Source of the DNA: Bacteriovoracia bacterium
Lineage (GTDB): Bacteria; Bdellovibrionota; Bacteriovoracia; Bacteriovoracales; Bacteriovoracaceae
Direction: 5' to 3'
NCBI GenBank assembly: GCA_046570105.1
Contig: JBKHVI010000014.1
Location: 1-23,679, forward strand
Length of the DNA: 23,679 nucleotides
Shown: one piece after another, positions 1 through 9,241 of the stretch
How the letters are laid out: the number at the start of each line of letters is the position of its first letter
Numbering within the stretch: position 1 is the stretch's first letter
Notes under the pieces: generated by a model
The model's input: the letters and a program-made list of their open reading frames with translations, nothing else
Told to the model about the DNA's origin: nothing
The model's database searches: none
Made by a program: the position numbers and the translations under genes

Positions 1-490
1 CGTAAAAATCAAAGAAGTCACCGCACTTAAACTTCACCTGCTTTCAGACTCATTCACGAATGCAGGAACGATCACACGCACAGACATGCAGTGTGAATGT
101 AAGGAGAGCGACCAGGATTGTCTGCAGTTCTTAGAGGCGGCCAAGACAGACGCGCGTTTTTATAGTGATTCAAATAAAAATTTCTATTATTGCCCTACCG
201 GTAATTTAAAGGGCATGAATGGAGTTCTCGCCAAAGGTGAGCTGCGCTTAAATCCAGCAACACCGTTACAAATAGAAATGCACTCCCACGGCCGTGGCGG
301 CAGCTTGCTGCATCCGAATCATTTTGTGAAATTGATGAATGGTGATTGTCGAAGTGCACAGACCGAAGTTTACGATCAGTGTGCTGTATGGGCCTATTCT
401 CACTCACAGCCGAGCTCCAACTGCGCTGAGGTTCCGCCTCATTGTCGCACTCCCGAGGGCTATCTCGGGAGTCGCGAGAGAATTAAGTAA
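1..490 (+). CDS. Hypothetical Cys-rich protein, C-terminal part (5' truncated by window edge)
   Basis: Frame of ORF 86..490 is open back to position 2 (VKIKEVTALKLHLLSDSFTNAGTITRTD-MQCEC...); 8 Cys in the visible part; stop abuts the mltA stop. No recognisable family. Confidence 0.6.
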   Translation, partial: VKIKEVTALKLHLLSDSFTNAGTITRTDMQCECKESDQDCLQFLEAAKTDARFYSDSNKNFYYCPTGNLKGMNGVLAKGELRLNPATPLQIEMHSHGRGGSLLHPNHFVKLMNGDCRSAQTEVYDQCAVWAYSHSQPSSNCAEVPPHCRTPEGYLGSRERIK

Positions 491-1633
491 TTATTTTTTG
501 ATTAAGAAAATCTGTCGGCCCATGCGCTTGGTATTGTGAGCGATATAGGCGGCTTCCTCGCCGTAGCCCATATACAAATCACAGCGTGCATTACCTCGAA
601 TCGCACCACCGGTATCTTGTGAGATAAAGAAACGGCTGAAGTTCTCATACACAGGACGCCCGTTTGCCCCCTGACGAGGCTTATCCGCTTGAACGAACGT
701 AATCATTCCGACTTCCGTATAGATGCGAGTATCAATCGCTAGAGAACGACCTTCGGTCAAAGGAATATTTTTTACGCCCAATGGCTCAGTCTTGGTTTCT
801 TTAAAGAAAATATAAGACGGAGAGCTGGAAAAAATCTCACGGGCGCGATGAGGATTCTCCTCGATATAGCGCTCTTGCGCTTCAATGCTGGCGCCATTGG
901 CCGGTAACATGCCTTGCGCCACCATGTAGCGGGAGATGAATTCAAACTTCTGCCCATTGGCAGCGGCATAACTCAAATAAATTTTCTCTTCTGTGCCATC
1001 AGCATTTTGCAAACGGGCACGACCGCCACCTTCCACATGCAAAATATAAATATCAAAGAGTGAATCTTCCACCCACATCAGCTCCAGGCCCTGGCCCTGA
1101 AGAGCACCTTCAAAATCGATTTGCTCACGCGTCTTGCTCTTTAAATCTGAGCGCGAAGGAAGTGCATAGATGGGATTTTTAAAACGCGCGCTTGGTGTAC
1201 GCGAGGCCACGACATCAGGACTAAAGTAAGCAGTGAAAAGTGTCGCTTTCTCTTGTCCTGCACCTGGCTCACTCGCTGCAGGTACTGGAGTGTATTTTTC
1301 AAACTCGCTATTGATGCGCGCTGATAATTGCGCCATACAATCAGGGCGAACCGCTTCTTTCAAACAGCTCTGCGCCTCGCTAGTGATCTCTTTGAATAAC
1401 TCCATGGATTCAACTAAACGTTTAGCGGGATAAGTCTTATCACCAAACTTCACTTGGCCCTTAGGAGCAGAGCGCTTAAAAGCGGCCAGTTGGCGCTCGA
1501 TAGCAATTTCCATATTTTTGAGTTCCATATCATCAGTAAATGAAATGGTTTCATTAAGAGCTCGGGTGGGAGTCACCAAGGTTTGAGCATGAAGTGCAAA
1601 ACTCACAAGCGACAACAAAAGTGCTGTTTTCAT
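491..1633 (-). CDS. mltA: Murein lytic transglycosylase A (MltA, 3D domain)
   Basis: FTAYFSP, LHVEGGG, PSYIFF, RSLAID and 3D motif QDTGGAIRG..RCDLYMG; N-terminal signal peptide; GGAG RBS upstream. Confidence 0.92.
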   Translation of the reverse strand: MKTALLLSLVSFALHAQTLVTPTRALNETISFTDDMELKNMEIAIERQLAAFKRSAPKGQVKFGDKTYPAKRLVESMELFKEITSEAQSCLKEAVRPDCMAQLSARINSEFEKYTPVPAASEPGAGQEKATLFTAYFSPDVVASRTPSARFKNPIYALPSRSDLKSKTREQIDFEGALQGQGLELMWVEDSLFDIYILHVEGGGRARLQNADGTEEKIYLSYAAANGQKFEFISRYMVAQGMLPANGASIEAQERYIEENPHRAREIFSSSPSYIFFKETKTEPLGVKNIPLTEGRSLAIDTRIYTEVGMITFVQADKPRQGANGRPVYENFSRFFISQDTGGAIRGNARCDLYMGYGEEAAYIAHNTKRMGRQIFLIKK

Positions 1634-1699
1634 CGGGAACTCCTTCGATAGAAAAGGCAGTTTAGGAAACTAAGACGTGAAGAGTCAAAGGATTTAGGC

Positions 1700-2206
1700 C
1701 TAAAGAGTCTTACCTAAGAAAAGCAAGGGTTTACCATTCCAAAGACGCTCAACTTTGTGATTAAAACCAAGCTTTTGATAGAAGGAAACATTGCGGGCCC
1801 CTGATAAAGTAATGAGATGTAACCCTCCCACTCCTAGGCCTATTAAATCAATCTCTAATCGTTCGACGAGTTGACTCCCTATTCCATGCCCACGTGCTTC
1901 CTCGGCACAGTTAATATGCAAATGGGCCGGATAGCGCTGATAGAGATCATCAAAGATGCTTAAGTGGTCACTCCAATATGCACCGATATTTTTTGTAGTC
2001 GCTGAGGCGACAATATATCCCACGACGCTTCCATCCAGTTCGGCCACTAAGGCCAGCTCAGAGAAATAGCTATCGAGATACTTCTGTTGAAATTCGACCC
2101 GCTCATTAATGGAAGCAAATTGCGTACGCGAGGTGGTTTCCCAAAAAATATCTTGAACCGCTTCATGATCCGACGTTTTGTAAGGGCGAACTATGACCTG
2201 AGCCAT
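1700..2206 (-). CDS. GNAT family N-acetyltransferase
   Basis: VVGYI, YPAHLHIN, acetyl-CoA motif RGHGIGSQL, FYQKLGF. Start moved to ATG at 2206 (AAGGTG upstream), overlapping the end of the upstream gene. Confidence 0.85.
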   Translation of the reverse strand: MAQVIVRPYKTSDHEAVQDIFWETTSRTQFASINERVEFQQKYLDSYFSELALVAELDGSVVGYIVASATTKNIGAYWSDHLSIFDDLYQRYPAHLHINCAEEARGHGIGSQLVERLEIDLIGLGVGGLHLITLSGARNVSFYQKLGFNHKVERLWNGKPLLFLGKTL

Positions 2207-3348
2207 GCCAACACCTTGCGTGCTTGACGCTCTTCCTGGGGGAATTGATTTAAATCCATCTTCTCTGGCCAGATCTTTGCCAAAATCCAATCCAATTTAT
2301 GATTTCGCAAAACATCTTTTACCCAATCAAACTGCCACCAAGTCAGGGGTGGTCGTGTTAATTGCATGAGCCTTGCAAAATTCTCGTCTTGTATCAACTC
2401 ATCATCGCTGCGTTTATCAGCAAAATTCATTCCTGAAAGGTGTAAAATGATCTCGCGACGTTGACGCCAGAGCGTTGTCTCATGCTCCCCTTTCCCTGCG
2501 AGAGCTTGTAACAGATGCCAGCCTTCTCCAATGGTAAAAACGGCGGCCAAGAGTGCATTAGAATGTCCAAAGCCGGCCAGATTCTTGTTATAGATTTTCT
2601 CAAGCTTCAAGGGATCTAAGAGACCACCTTGAAATTTGGCCGGCAAAGTATGATGTCCTTGCAATTGATTCCAAAAGAGAAAAGGTGTGCCTGACTTGCG
2701 CGCTTCTTCACTGACATAAAATGGCGACAAATACGACAGATCCATTTGTTCAAGCAGCTCTGCTAACTCACTCGAAAATTGCAGCTGATACTTCATGGCA
2801 AACCGATGGGCCCGCAACAAGCGAACTGGATCTTTCATAAAGTGAGCGCGATCACAGGGCACTAGTACTTTTTGTTTGAGATGCTCTACCCCACCAAAAG
2901 GATCGACCAGCTCCCACGACTTGCCATTGAGTTTGGCGCCCAGAGCATTGAGGGTAAAATCACGTCGAATCGCAGCTTCAGGAAAACTGAGCTTCCAGTC
3001 ACTCTCGCTTTCAAACTCACCATGTCCAAAGGTGTCTTTCGCGGCATAAGTTTCACGGCGCGGAGGAGCGAATTGAAACTCCTGTCCACTTTTTTTAGCG
3101 CGCATAACTTGGTGTGATTCAGGATTAAGCTGATAGTCTTCGGCGAGTTCCTTCAAAAAACTCTTCCAGCGCGCTTGATTACCATTCGAATGTGAGAGTT
3201 CAAAATCCCAATCCAAAATGTCTGCCTGATTCATCAACAAATCACGAACAGCACCGCCTACTAATGTAACGGTGAAACCATGGCTATGTGATAAACGAAA
3301 AAACTCGGCCAGCTCACTTGGAATCAGTGTCTCAAGGCGCGAGAGCAT
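2191..3348 (-). CDS. cca: Class II tRNA nucleotidyltransferase (CCA/poly(A) polymerase family)
   Basis: LVGGAVRDLL..DWDFE, RRDFTLNAL, DPFGG, DPVRLLRAHRFA motifs; no obvious HD domain. Confidence 0.85.
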   Translation of the reverse strand: MLSRLETLIPSELAEFFRLSHSHGFTVTLVGGAVRDLLMNQADILDWDFELSHSNGNQARWKSFLKELAEDYQLNPESHQVMRAKKSGQEFQFAPPRRETYAAKDTFGHGEFESESDWKLSFPEAAIRRDFTLNALGAKLNGKSWELVDPFGGVEHLKQKVLVPCDRAHFMKDPVRLLRAHRFAMKYQLQFSSELAELLEQMDLSYLSPFYVSEEARKSGTPFLFWNQLQGHHTLPAKFQGGLLDPLKLEKIYNKNLAGFGHSNALLAAVFTIGEGWHLLQALAGKGEHETTLWRQRREIILHLSGMNFADKRSDDELIQDENFARLMQLTRPPLTWWQFDWVKDVLRNHKLDWILAKIWPEKMDLNQFPQEERQARKVLAWLRS

Positions 3349-4253
3349 TATTTCTTCCTGACCGCTTTGGCACCATCAAGCAGATGGGTATAAACACCTT
3401 TGATCTTCAAGCTGTCGGCTTCTTCCACGCGACAAGCAAAGCAGATGGTGTTGTTAAAGACTTCCGAGTCTTTGAGTGTTTTGACTTTGTCTTTATAGAA
3501 CGAGCGATTCAATACGTGAGTCGGCACCACCGCCATGCCTAGTCCTTCAGCAACGCCTGTTAAGAGCTGGCCGAAAGAGTTGACCACCAGGCGTGTTTTC
3601 ACCTGGCGAGGAAGAGCGCCGAAGTGCTCACGACACCAACGGAAAAAGAGCGGATCGTTTTCTTCGAACATCAATACGGGATACTCTAAAAGAGCTTTTA
3701 GATCCGTTTTATCAGTGATTTTAAAATTCTTATCATCTGGGAAAACCAGCACAGAGTGCTCTTCATTCAAGACCCACTTCTCTGCCCACGCTGGCACTTG
3801 ATAATCAGGTAGAATCAAACAGTCCACATCCCCGCGTTCAAAGCGACGAATGAGATTTTCAGGAAAATCCATACTGATTTTCACTTCGAGTTCTGGATGC
3901 TCGCCGAGATAATCAATAATTCGAGAACTAATCCAACTTTTCCCCAGGCCCGCAAGAGTGCCGACGTGCAAAGTCCCACGCACTTCCTTCGCCTCTTGGT
4001 GGATATGGTCAATGGTGTCTTCCACACGCTTGAGATACTGCTTAGCGACCTTAGCGAGCTTGCGCCCGGGTTCAGTCAATGTGACGTTTTTCCCGTGACG
4101 GGCCAAGAGCGAAAAACCTACGCGGCCTTCGAGGGTTTTAAGTGTCTGGGATACAGCGGATTGAGTCACCCCGAGGGTCTCAGCGGCCTTAGAAATACTG
4201 TCACTCTGTGAGAGCGCAATCAAAACTTGTAGATGGCTTGATTCGTATTTCAT
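3348..4253 (-). CDS. LysR family transcriptional regulator
   Basis: HTH SISKAAETLGVTQSAVSQTLKTLE, LTEPG, GTLHVG, substrate-binding domain with GLGMAVVP; 301 aa. Confidence 0.93.
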   Translation of the reverse strand: MKYESSHLQVLIALSQSDSISKAAETLGVTQSAVSQTLKTLEGRVGFSLLARHGKNVTLTEPGRKLAKVAKQYLKRVEDTIDHIHQEAKEVRGTLHVGTLAGLGKSWISSRIIDYLGEHPELEVKISMDFPENLIRRFERGDVDCLILPDYQVPAWAEKWVLNEEHSVLVFPDDKNFKITDKTDLKALLEYPVLMFEENDPLFFRWCREHFGALPRQVKTRLVVNSFGQLLTGVAEGLGMAVVPTHVLNRSFYKDKVKTLKDSEVFNNTICFACRVEEADSLKIKGVYTHLLDGAKAVRKK

Positions 4254-4266
4254 AAGTTTTTAATTC

Positions 4267-4424
4267 TTTTCAAGTAGACCATCTCATCCTGGCGCACAGA
4301 CTCGTAGAAAATTCAAAGTTTGTGCCAGGATGAATTAGTTAGAACACTAGAAATCTCAGGCGTCCTCTAATTCTGTCTTTTCAGAAACTGAATCCCCTTT
4401 CGGACTTTATGGTCTACTTGAAAA
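4267..4424. repeat. Structured intergenic element, copy 1 (16-bp perfect terminal inverted repeat, internal hairpin, conserved blocks A-D)
   Basis: TTTTCAAGTAGACCAT (4267-4282) / ATGGTCTACTTGAAAA (4409-4424); internal stem TCATCCTGGC (4284-4293) / GCCAGGATGA (4324-4333); blocks shared with 11226-11384. Confidence 0.9.
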
Positions 4425-4434
4425 TCAATTTAAT

Positions 4435-4470
4435 AAAAAAAAAGGGATCAGTTTTGCTGATCCCTTTTTT
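4435..4470 (-). terminator. Intrinsic (possibly bidirectional) terminator downstream of fusA
   Basis: AAAAAAAAAGGGATCAG-TTTTG-CTGATCCCTTTTTT: 8-bp stem flanked by A and T tracts, ~20 nt after the fusA stop. Confidence 0.9.
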
Positions 4471-4489
4471 CTTTAATTAGTTAACAAAT

Positions 4490-6670
4490 CTAGTCAGCAC
4501 GCTCGTTAAGCTTCTCTTTACGATCGTTCATGACTTTCTCTTGAACGTGGCTTGGGCATGGCTCGTACTTAGCGAATTCCATCGAGTAACCCGCTTTACC
4601 AGCTGTACCTGAACGCAACGTTGTTGAGTAACCGAACATTTCTGACAAAGGAACGTGAGCGTTAATAACAGCGTCACCACCTTCAGAAGTTTCTGAGCCC
4701 AAGATCACACCGCGACGTGAAGACAAGTCACCGATGACGAAACCTTGGTATTCTTGTGGAGTTTCAACTTCCACTTTCATGATCGGCTCAAGAAGAACTG
4801 GGTTAGCGCGCTTGATAGCATCTCTCATCGCCATACGAGCAGCGATACGGAACGCCATATCAGACGAGTCAACGTCGTGGTATTGGCCGTCTTGCAAGAA
4901 CGCTTCAACGCCGATCACTGGGAACGCCGCCAAAGGACCTTTGTTCATAACGTCGTTAAAGCCTTTGTCACACGAAGGAATAAATTCGTTCGGAATAACA
5001 CCACCCTTAATCTCGTTGGTGAACTTGTAAACTTGGTCTTCGCGCTCTTTGCGATCTTCTGCCAATGGCTTGATCTTACCGGCCACTTTAGCGAACTGAC
5101 CTGAACCACCGGTTTGCTTCTTGTGTGTGTATTCCAAAGTTGCTTCGCCACGAATAGTTTCGCGGTAGTTAACTTGAGGAGCACCGACTTCAACTTCAGC
5201 TTTGTACTCACGCTTTAGGCGCTCAGTATAAATCTCAAGGTGAAGCTCACCCATACCAGCGATACGTGTCTCACCTGATTCTTCATCAGTGAAAACGTGG
5301 AAAGTTGGGTCTTCTTTAAGGAAGCGCTGAAGGCCTTTGCCCATCTTCGCTTGCTGCTCTTTATCTTTCGCTTTAATTGAAAGCTCGATAACTGGTATTG
5401 GAATATGCATCCCTTCGCACGACAAGTGCTCAAGGTTCGAATCCTCACCGACGAAAGTATCACCCGAAGCACAGTCAACACCGATCATCGCGATGATGTC
5501 ACCAGCGATGGCGTAATCGATATTGTCACGGTCGTTTGAGTTCATACGAACGATTCGTCCTACACGAACGCGCTTCTTAGTACGAGTATTGATAAGAGTA
5601 TCACCCTTATTCAAAGTACCTTGATAAATACGAGTGTAAGTCAACTGACCGAATTGTTCGTCAGTGATCTTAAACGCCATACAAACAAGGCCCTTCTCAA
5701 AGTTTGGCTCAAGATCGATCTTTTGGTTGATCTTAGAGTCAATCGCTTTTGGCTTCTCACAAGTCACTGGACTTGGGAGGTAGCGAGCAACGGCGTTCAA
5801 AAGAAGTTGAACACCTTTGTTTTTGAAAGCTGAGCCCATGAATACTGGAGTCAATTTCAAAGACTGAGTCGCCTGGCGAATCACACGGTGAATAGTTTCA
5901 TCACTTACATCGCGGCCTTCAAGGATATCTTCCATCATGGCATCATCGAATGCAGAGATAGAATCGAGAAGAGCTTCGCGGTAGCTGCGAGCTTGCTCAA
6001 CGTAATCAGCAGGAATAGCTTCTTCGCGCACTTTCTCGCCGTTATCGCCGTCGAAGTAATAAGCTTTTTGAACGATCAAATCGATTACGCCAATGAAGTT
6101 TTCTTCAGCGCCGATAGGAATCTGCATAAGAACGGCGTTGTGGCCAAGTTTCTCACGAAGAGCTTTTGTTCCGTTGAAAGCGTTTGCTCCCATACGGTCC
6201 ATCTTATTCAAAAACGCCAAACGTGGAACACGGTAGCGCTTCATCTGACGGTCAACTGTGATTGATTGTGATTGAACACCAGCAACCGAACAAAGAACCA
6301 AGATCGCACCGTCAAGAACGCGCAATGAACGCTCAACTTCAACTGTGAAATCCACGTGTCCCGGAGTATCGATCAAGTTAACCTTGATGCTTTTGCCATC
6401 ACCTTCAGCGAAAGTTACACCAGTGTTATCCAAACCGCGCCACTCAACAGTGGTTGCAGCTGAAGTAATAGTGATACCCTTTTCACGCTCGAGTTCCATG
6501 TGATCCATGGTGGCACCAGCGCCGCCGCCTTTTACGTCTTCAATTTTATGAATTTTATCGCAGTAAAAAAGAATACGTTCAGACAAGGTCGTCTTACCTG
6601 AGTCAATGTGGGCCGAAATACCGATGTTACGGGTTTTAGGCAAATTCTTTTGGTCTAAACTAGCGCTCAT
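4490..6670 (-). CDS. fusA: Elongation factor G (EF-G1/spd-type paralogue, outside the str operon)
   Basis: [68 protein letters not shown]. Start set at ATG 6670 (GGGAG 5 nt upstream). Confidence 0.97.
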   Translation of the reverse strand: MSASLDQKNLPKTRNIGISAHIDSGKTTLSERILFYCDKIHKIEDVKGGGAGATMDHMELEREKGITITSAATTVEWRGLDNTGVTFAEGDGKSIKVNLIDTPGHVDFTVEVERSLRVLDGAILVLCSVAGVQSQSITVDRQMKRYRVPRLAFLNKMDRMGANAFNGTKALREKLGHNAVLMQIPIGAEENFIGVIDLIVQKAYYFDGDNGEKVREEAIPADYVEQARSYREALLDSISAFDDAMMEDILEGRDVSDETIHRVIRQATQSLKLTPVFMGSAFKNKGVQLLLNAVARYLPSPVTCEKPKAIDSKINQKIDLEPNFEKGLVCMAFKITDEQFGQLTYTRIYQGTLNKGDTLINTRTKKRVRVGRIVRMNSNDRDNIDYAIAGDIIAMIGVDCASGDTFVGEDSNLEHLSCEGMHIPIPVIELSIKAKDKEQQAKMGKGLQRFLKEDPTFHVFTDEESGETRIAGMGELHLEIYTERLKREYKAEVEVGAPQVNYRETIRGEATLEYTHKKQTGGSGQFAKVAGKIKPLAEDRKEREDQVYKFTNEIKGGVIPNEFIPSCDKGFNDVMNKGPLAAFPVIGVEAFLQDGQYHDVDSSDMAFRIAARMAMRDAIKRANPVLLEPIMKVEVETPQEYQGFVIGDLSSRRGVILGSETSEGGDAVINAHVPLSEMFGYSTTLRSGTAGKAGYSMEFAKYEPCPSHVQEKVMNDRKEKLNERAD

Positions 6671-6726
6671 CATGTCTCCCAACGATAGAGGATTTACTTA
6701 CAGTCTTTAATGTTTTTATCGAGCGC

Positions 6727-6756
6727 ATCATAATGAAATCACGCCACATCCGTCAA
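6727..6756 (-). promoter_or_regulatory. Putative sigma70 promoter of fusA
   Basis: Minus strand TTGACG-N18-TATGAT followed by GC-rich GCGC discriminator-like sequence. Confidence 0.6.
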
Positions 6757-6827
6757 ACGCTTTTGACCTGTAAGTTTACGATTTTGCCTGTTGCGAAATG
6801 ATGAAGTCCGAAGCAATATAAGGGCCC

Positions 6828-7469
6828 ATGACATTTAAAAAAGACCTCGCTAAAGACGTCCTCTATCAAGGTGTTAAAACGCTGGTAGAGCATCCACACC
6901 CGCATATTCACCTCTCACAGCAGAAGCTTTTCACGCTATTCAGCCTGGCCTTCCAATATATTCTCTTTCGCTCGACCAAACAGCCCGGGCATTACATCCT
7001 GAGAATCGAAGATTCTTTCCTCGCTGACAAATTGGCGCGCAAGGCCAAAGACGAGACAACGCGTAAATTTCTCCAAAAATTACTCATTCCTCGTCGTCTG
7101 AACTATGGAAACGCCGTTTTTCACCTGGATTATTTCAATTTGAGCACCTGGAGTGTCACGAAGGATCTCCCTAAGGAGCGCATTCAGGGCGCCATCATCG
7201 TAAAAAACACCTCTCATAATCCTTTGATTGATGAGGGTGATTTCCGCCACGTTGATGCTGAGAACATGCAAAACGAAGCGGCTATGCAGCTTTTTGGTAA
7301 GAACTATTATCTCAACTCACTGATGGAGTTTTGTCCTCGTACCGTTACGATTGCTTTTGATGATAATTTTGAAGGTACAGAAAAACTCGCTTTCCCCTTC
7401 ATAACAGAAGAAGACGAGCGAACGGCAACAGGTGTGAAAATTTCTGATGATGTGGCCTGGGACGACTAG
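6828..7469 (+). CDS. Hypothetical protein
   Basis: 213-aa ORF filling the gap divergent from fusA; no recognisable motif. Confidence 0.7.
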   Translation: MTFKKDLAKDVLYQGVKTLVEHPHPHIHLSQQKLFTLFSLAFQYILFRSTKQPGHYILRIEDSFLADKLARKAKDETTRKFLQKLLIPRRLNYGNAVFHLDYFNLSTWSVTKDLPKERIQGAIIVKNTSHNPLIDEGDFRHVDAENMQNEAAMQLFGKNYYLNSLMEFCPRTVTIAFDDNFEGTEKLAFPFITEEDERTATGVKISDDVAWDD

Positions 7470-8245
7470 CCGCCAGTTTTCTTTCCTTCCAGCCACTCAC
7501 TATTTTTTGCATTCCCCTCACGATCCCACTCTTTCCAAGTGCCATGCTTGAGATCGTTTAGATAGCGTCCTTCCGAGCGCTTTTCTCCTGAACCAAAATA
7601 AAAAGTCCATGGACCCGTCTTAATGCCCTCTTGGTAATTACCCTCAGCAAGTAAACGTCCGTTGTCATAATAGTGGCGCCAAATGCCGATTCTCTTACCT
7701 TTCAAGACTTCTCCCTCGGCGGCAACTGTTCCATCCTCAAACGTGATGGAAATGTTGCCCTCTTTAACCGAGGTTTTTTCAAAGAACACATCTTGCGGCG
7801 GAAGATGCCACTGGAAACCTGCAATATGTTCTTCTTTTTGCAGCTTTCTCACTGTTCGCAGAACAAAATACTGGGCGGATTCCCGCTCAGCATTTGAGAC
7901 ATCTTTCAAGTAGGAGACTTCATCTTTGAGTTTGCCAAAAACACGGGGGAAAATAGCTGCAAAACTTTGAATGTCATCGCCATCTTTGAGAGGAAGCGCT
8001 TTGGCGATCACACCTAGCATGGCCTCATTGGTGCGCACGACAGTGTCGATCTCATCACTTGAGAGCTGCAAAAAATCGTTAAAAGTGCGGACATTCTTAG
8101 TCACCCAACGCATGAAGAGTGGATCTTCTAGAATCCCATTCATCAGAATCATTTGGCGCTGAGATGCCCCCGTCACTTCGATCGATTCGACGAAGTCTTT
8201 GAGTCCGTCCCACTGACGTTTTTTTATTCGATCTAACATGCTCAT
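7466..8245 (-). CDS. FliG C-terminal-like domain fused to MORN-2/YwqK-type beta-hairpin repeats
   Basis: C-terminal repeats GKRIGIWRHYYDNG, GIKTGPWTFYFGSG, KHGTWKEWDREG; N-terminal helical region (EDP..TFNDFLQL) resembles FliG-C-like proteins. Start probably ATG 8245. Confidence 0.7.
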   Translation of the reverse strand: MSMLDRIKKRQWDGLKDFVESIEVTGASQRQMILMNGILEDPLFMRWVTKNVRTFNDFLQLSSDEIDTVVRTNEAMLGVIAKALPLKDGDDIQSFAAIFPRVFGKLKDEVSYLKDVSNAERESAQYFVLRTVRKLQKEEHIAGFQWHLPPQDVFFEKTSVKEGNISITFEDGTVAAEGEVLKGKRIGIWRHYYDNGRLLAEGNYQEGIKTGPWTFYFGSGEKRSEGRYLNDLKHGTWKEWDREGNAKNSEWLEGKKTGG

Positions 8246-8378
8246 AGGTTTGTGATTATAGACCAGAAATCTAGTCCGCAACTTAAGATTAATAAGTATT
8301 GGTTTTTACAAAAGCTATCTCAAGAAATGTTGCGTTTTTCTTAATCAAATAGCGTGATTGGCGAGGATTTTTGACAGT

Positions 8379-8798
8379 TTACTTCTTCGCCTTGCTCGCC
8401 ACACTGATGATCTTTTTAAAAAGCTCGGCTTCTTGCCAGGGCTTCACGATGTAATCATCCACGCCCGCCTGCACGGCCTCGAGTACTTGGTTGATGTCGT
8501 TCATGGAAGAGATCATCAAAAGTGGGAGATGCTTGGTGGTGGCATCTCCGCGAATGAGTTTGGTGAGATCAATTCCTGAGCCCTCTTTCATCATCATATC
8601 GGCCATCACAAAATTGATCGGAGCAGCACTCGTTTGTAACCCTTTAATTGTGGCATAGGCCTCAGAGCCAGATTTAGCGAAAGTGATCTGAGTGACTCCA
8701 TAGGCTTTCATTTGGGCGGCCATAACAACTCGCATACTTTGAAAATCATCGACTAAGAGGAAATGCATTTTGGCAATTTCTGGTGGAAGTTTACTCAT
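8379..8798 (-). CDS. Single-domain response regulator (CheY-like)
   Basis: LLVDD, phosphoacceptor D in MADMMM, LPLLMISS, AGVDDYIVKPW. Confidence 0.9.
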   Translation of the reverse strand: MSKLPPEIAKMHFLLVDDFQSMRVVMAAQMKAYGVTQITFAKSGSEAYATIKGLQTSAAPINFVMADMMMKEGSGIDLTKLIRGDATTKHLPLLMISSMNDINQVLEAVQAGVDDYIVKPWQEAELFKKIISVASKAKK

Positions 8799-9217
8799 GC
8801 TCGCCTCTTCAAAATACCATCCACCATTTGTTGCATGTGCCGCGCGAACTCACTTTCGGTATGCTTGTCTTTGATAAAAGAATTCAGCAACTGGCCTAAT
8901 TCCGCCTTAGAATTGGAATTAAAAATATGCACTTTGAGCTGCTCAAGTTTAGTCGTCATTTCTTCAGAGATTTGCATATTGGCGGGCATATACAAGATAT
9001 GCAACAGACTCATCTCGGGAAAATTATAGGCACGTAAAAAGAAATTGGCGTAATTAGGATCTGAGAAAAAAGTTACGGCAAACTTTTGCTGCTGGCCGGT
9101 TTGTACAATCTCTACAGGATGATCAGTCTCCATGCAGAGAACACCCTTGGATTCCAAAAGCTTTTTGATTTCAGCGGTGGCCTCAGAGATTTCGCCCACA
9201 AAGAAAAAGAGTTTCAA
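8795..9217 (-). CDS. Hypothetical protein (possible degenerate receiver-like fold)
   Basis: 140 aa, TTG start with GAGG upstream, stop overlaps the CheY-like ATG; alternating beta/alpha pattern only. Confidence 0.6.
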   Translation of the reverse strand: MKLFFFVGEISEATAEIKKLLESKGVLCMETDHPVEIVQTGQQQKFAVTFFSDPNYANFFLRAYNFPEMSLLHILYMPANMQISEEMTTKLEQLKVHIFNSNSKAELGQLLNSFIKDKHTESEFARHMQQMVDGILKRRA

Positions 9218-9241
9218 TGACCTGTCCTCATAAATTTAAGC

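Noticed and set aside
4475..4493. AATTAGTTA similarity to the 13-nt spacer region of copy 1
   Set aside because: Short AT-rich match with no equivalent for copy 2.
4734..6265. Several antisense and alternate-frame ORFs within fusA, and similar short ORFs inside other genes
   Set aside because: Shadow ORFs of real genes; no motifs or convincing starts.
6804..6815. AAGTCCGAAGCA matches the reverse complement of copy 2 block D region (11356-11367)
   Set aside because: Only 12 nt, no other blocks nearby; plausible by chance in a window this size.
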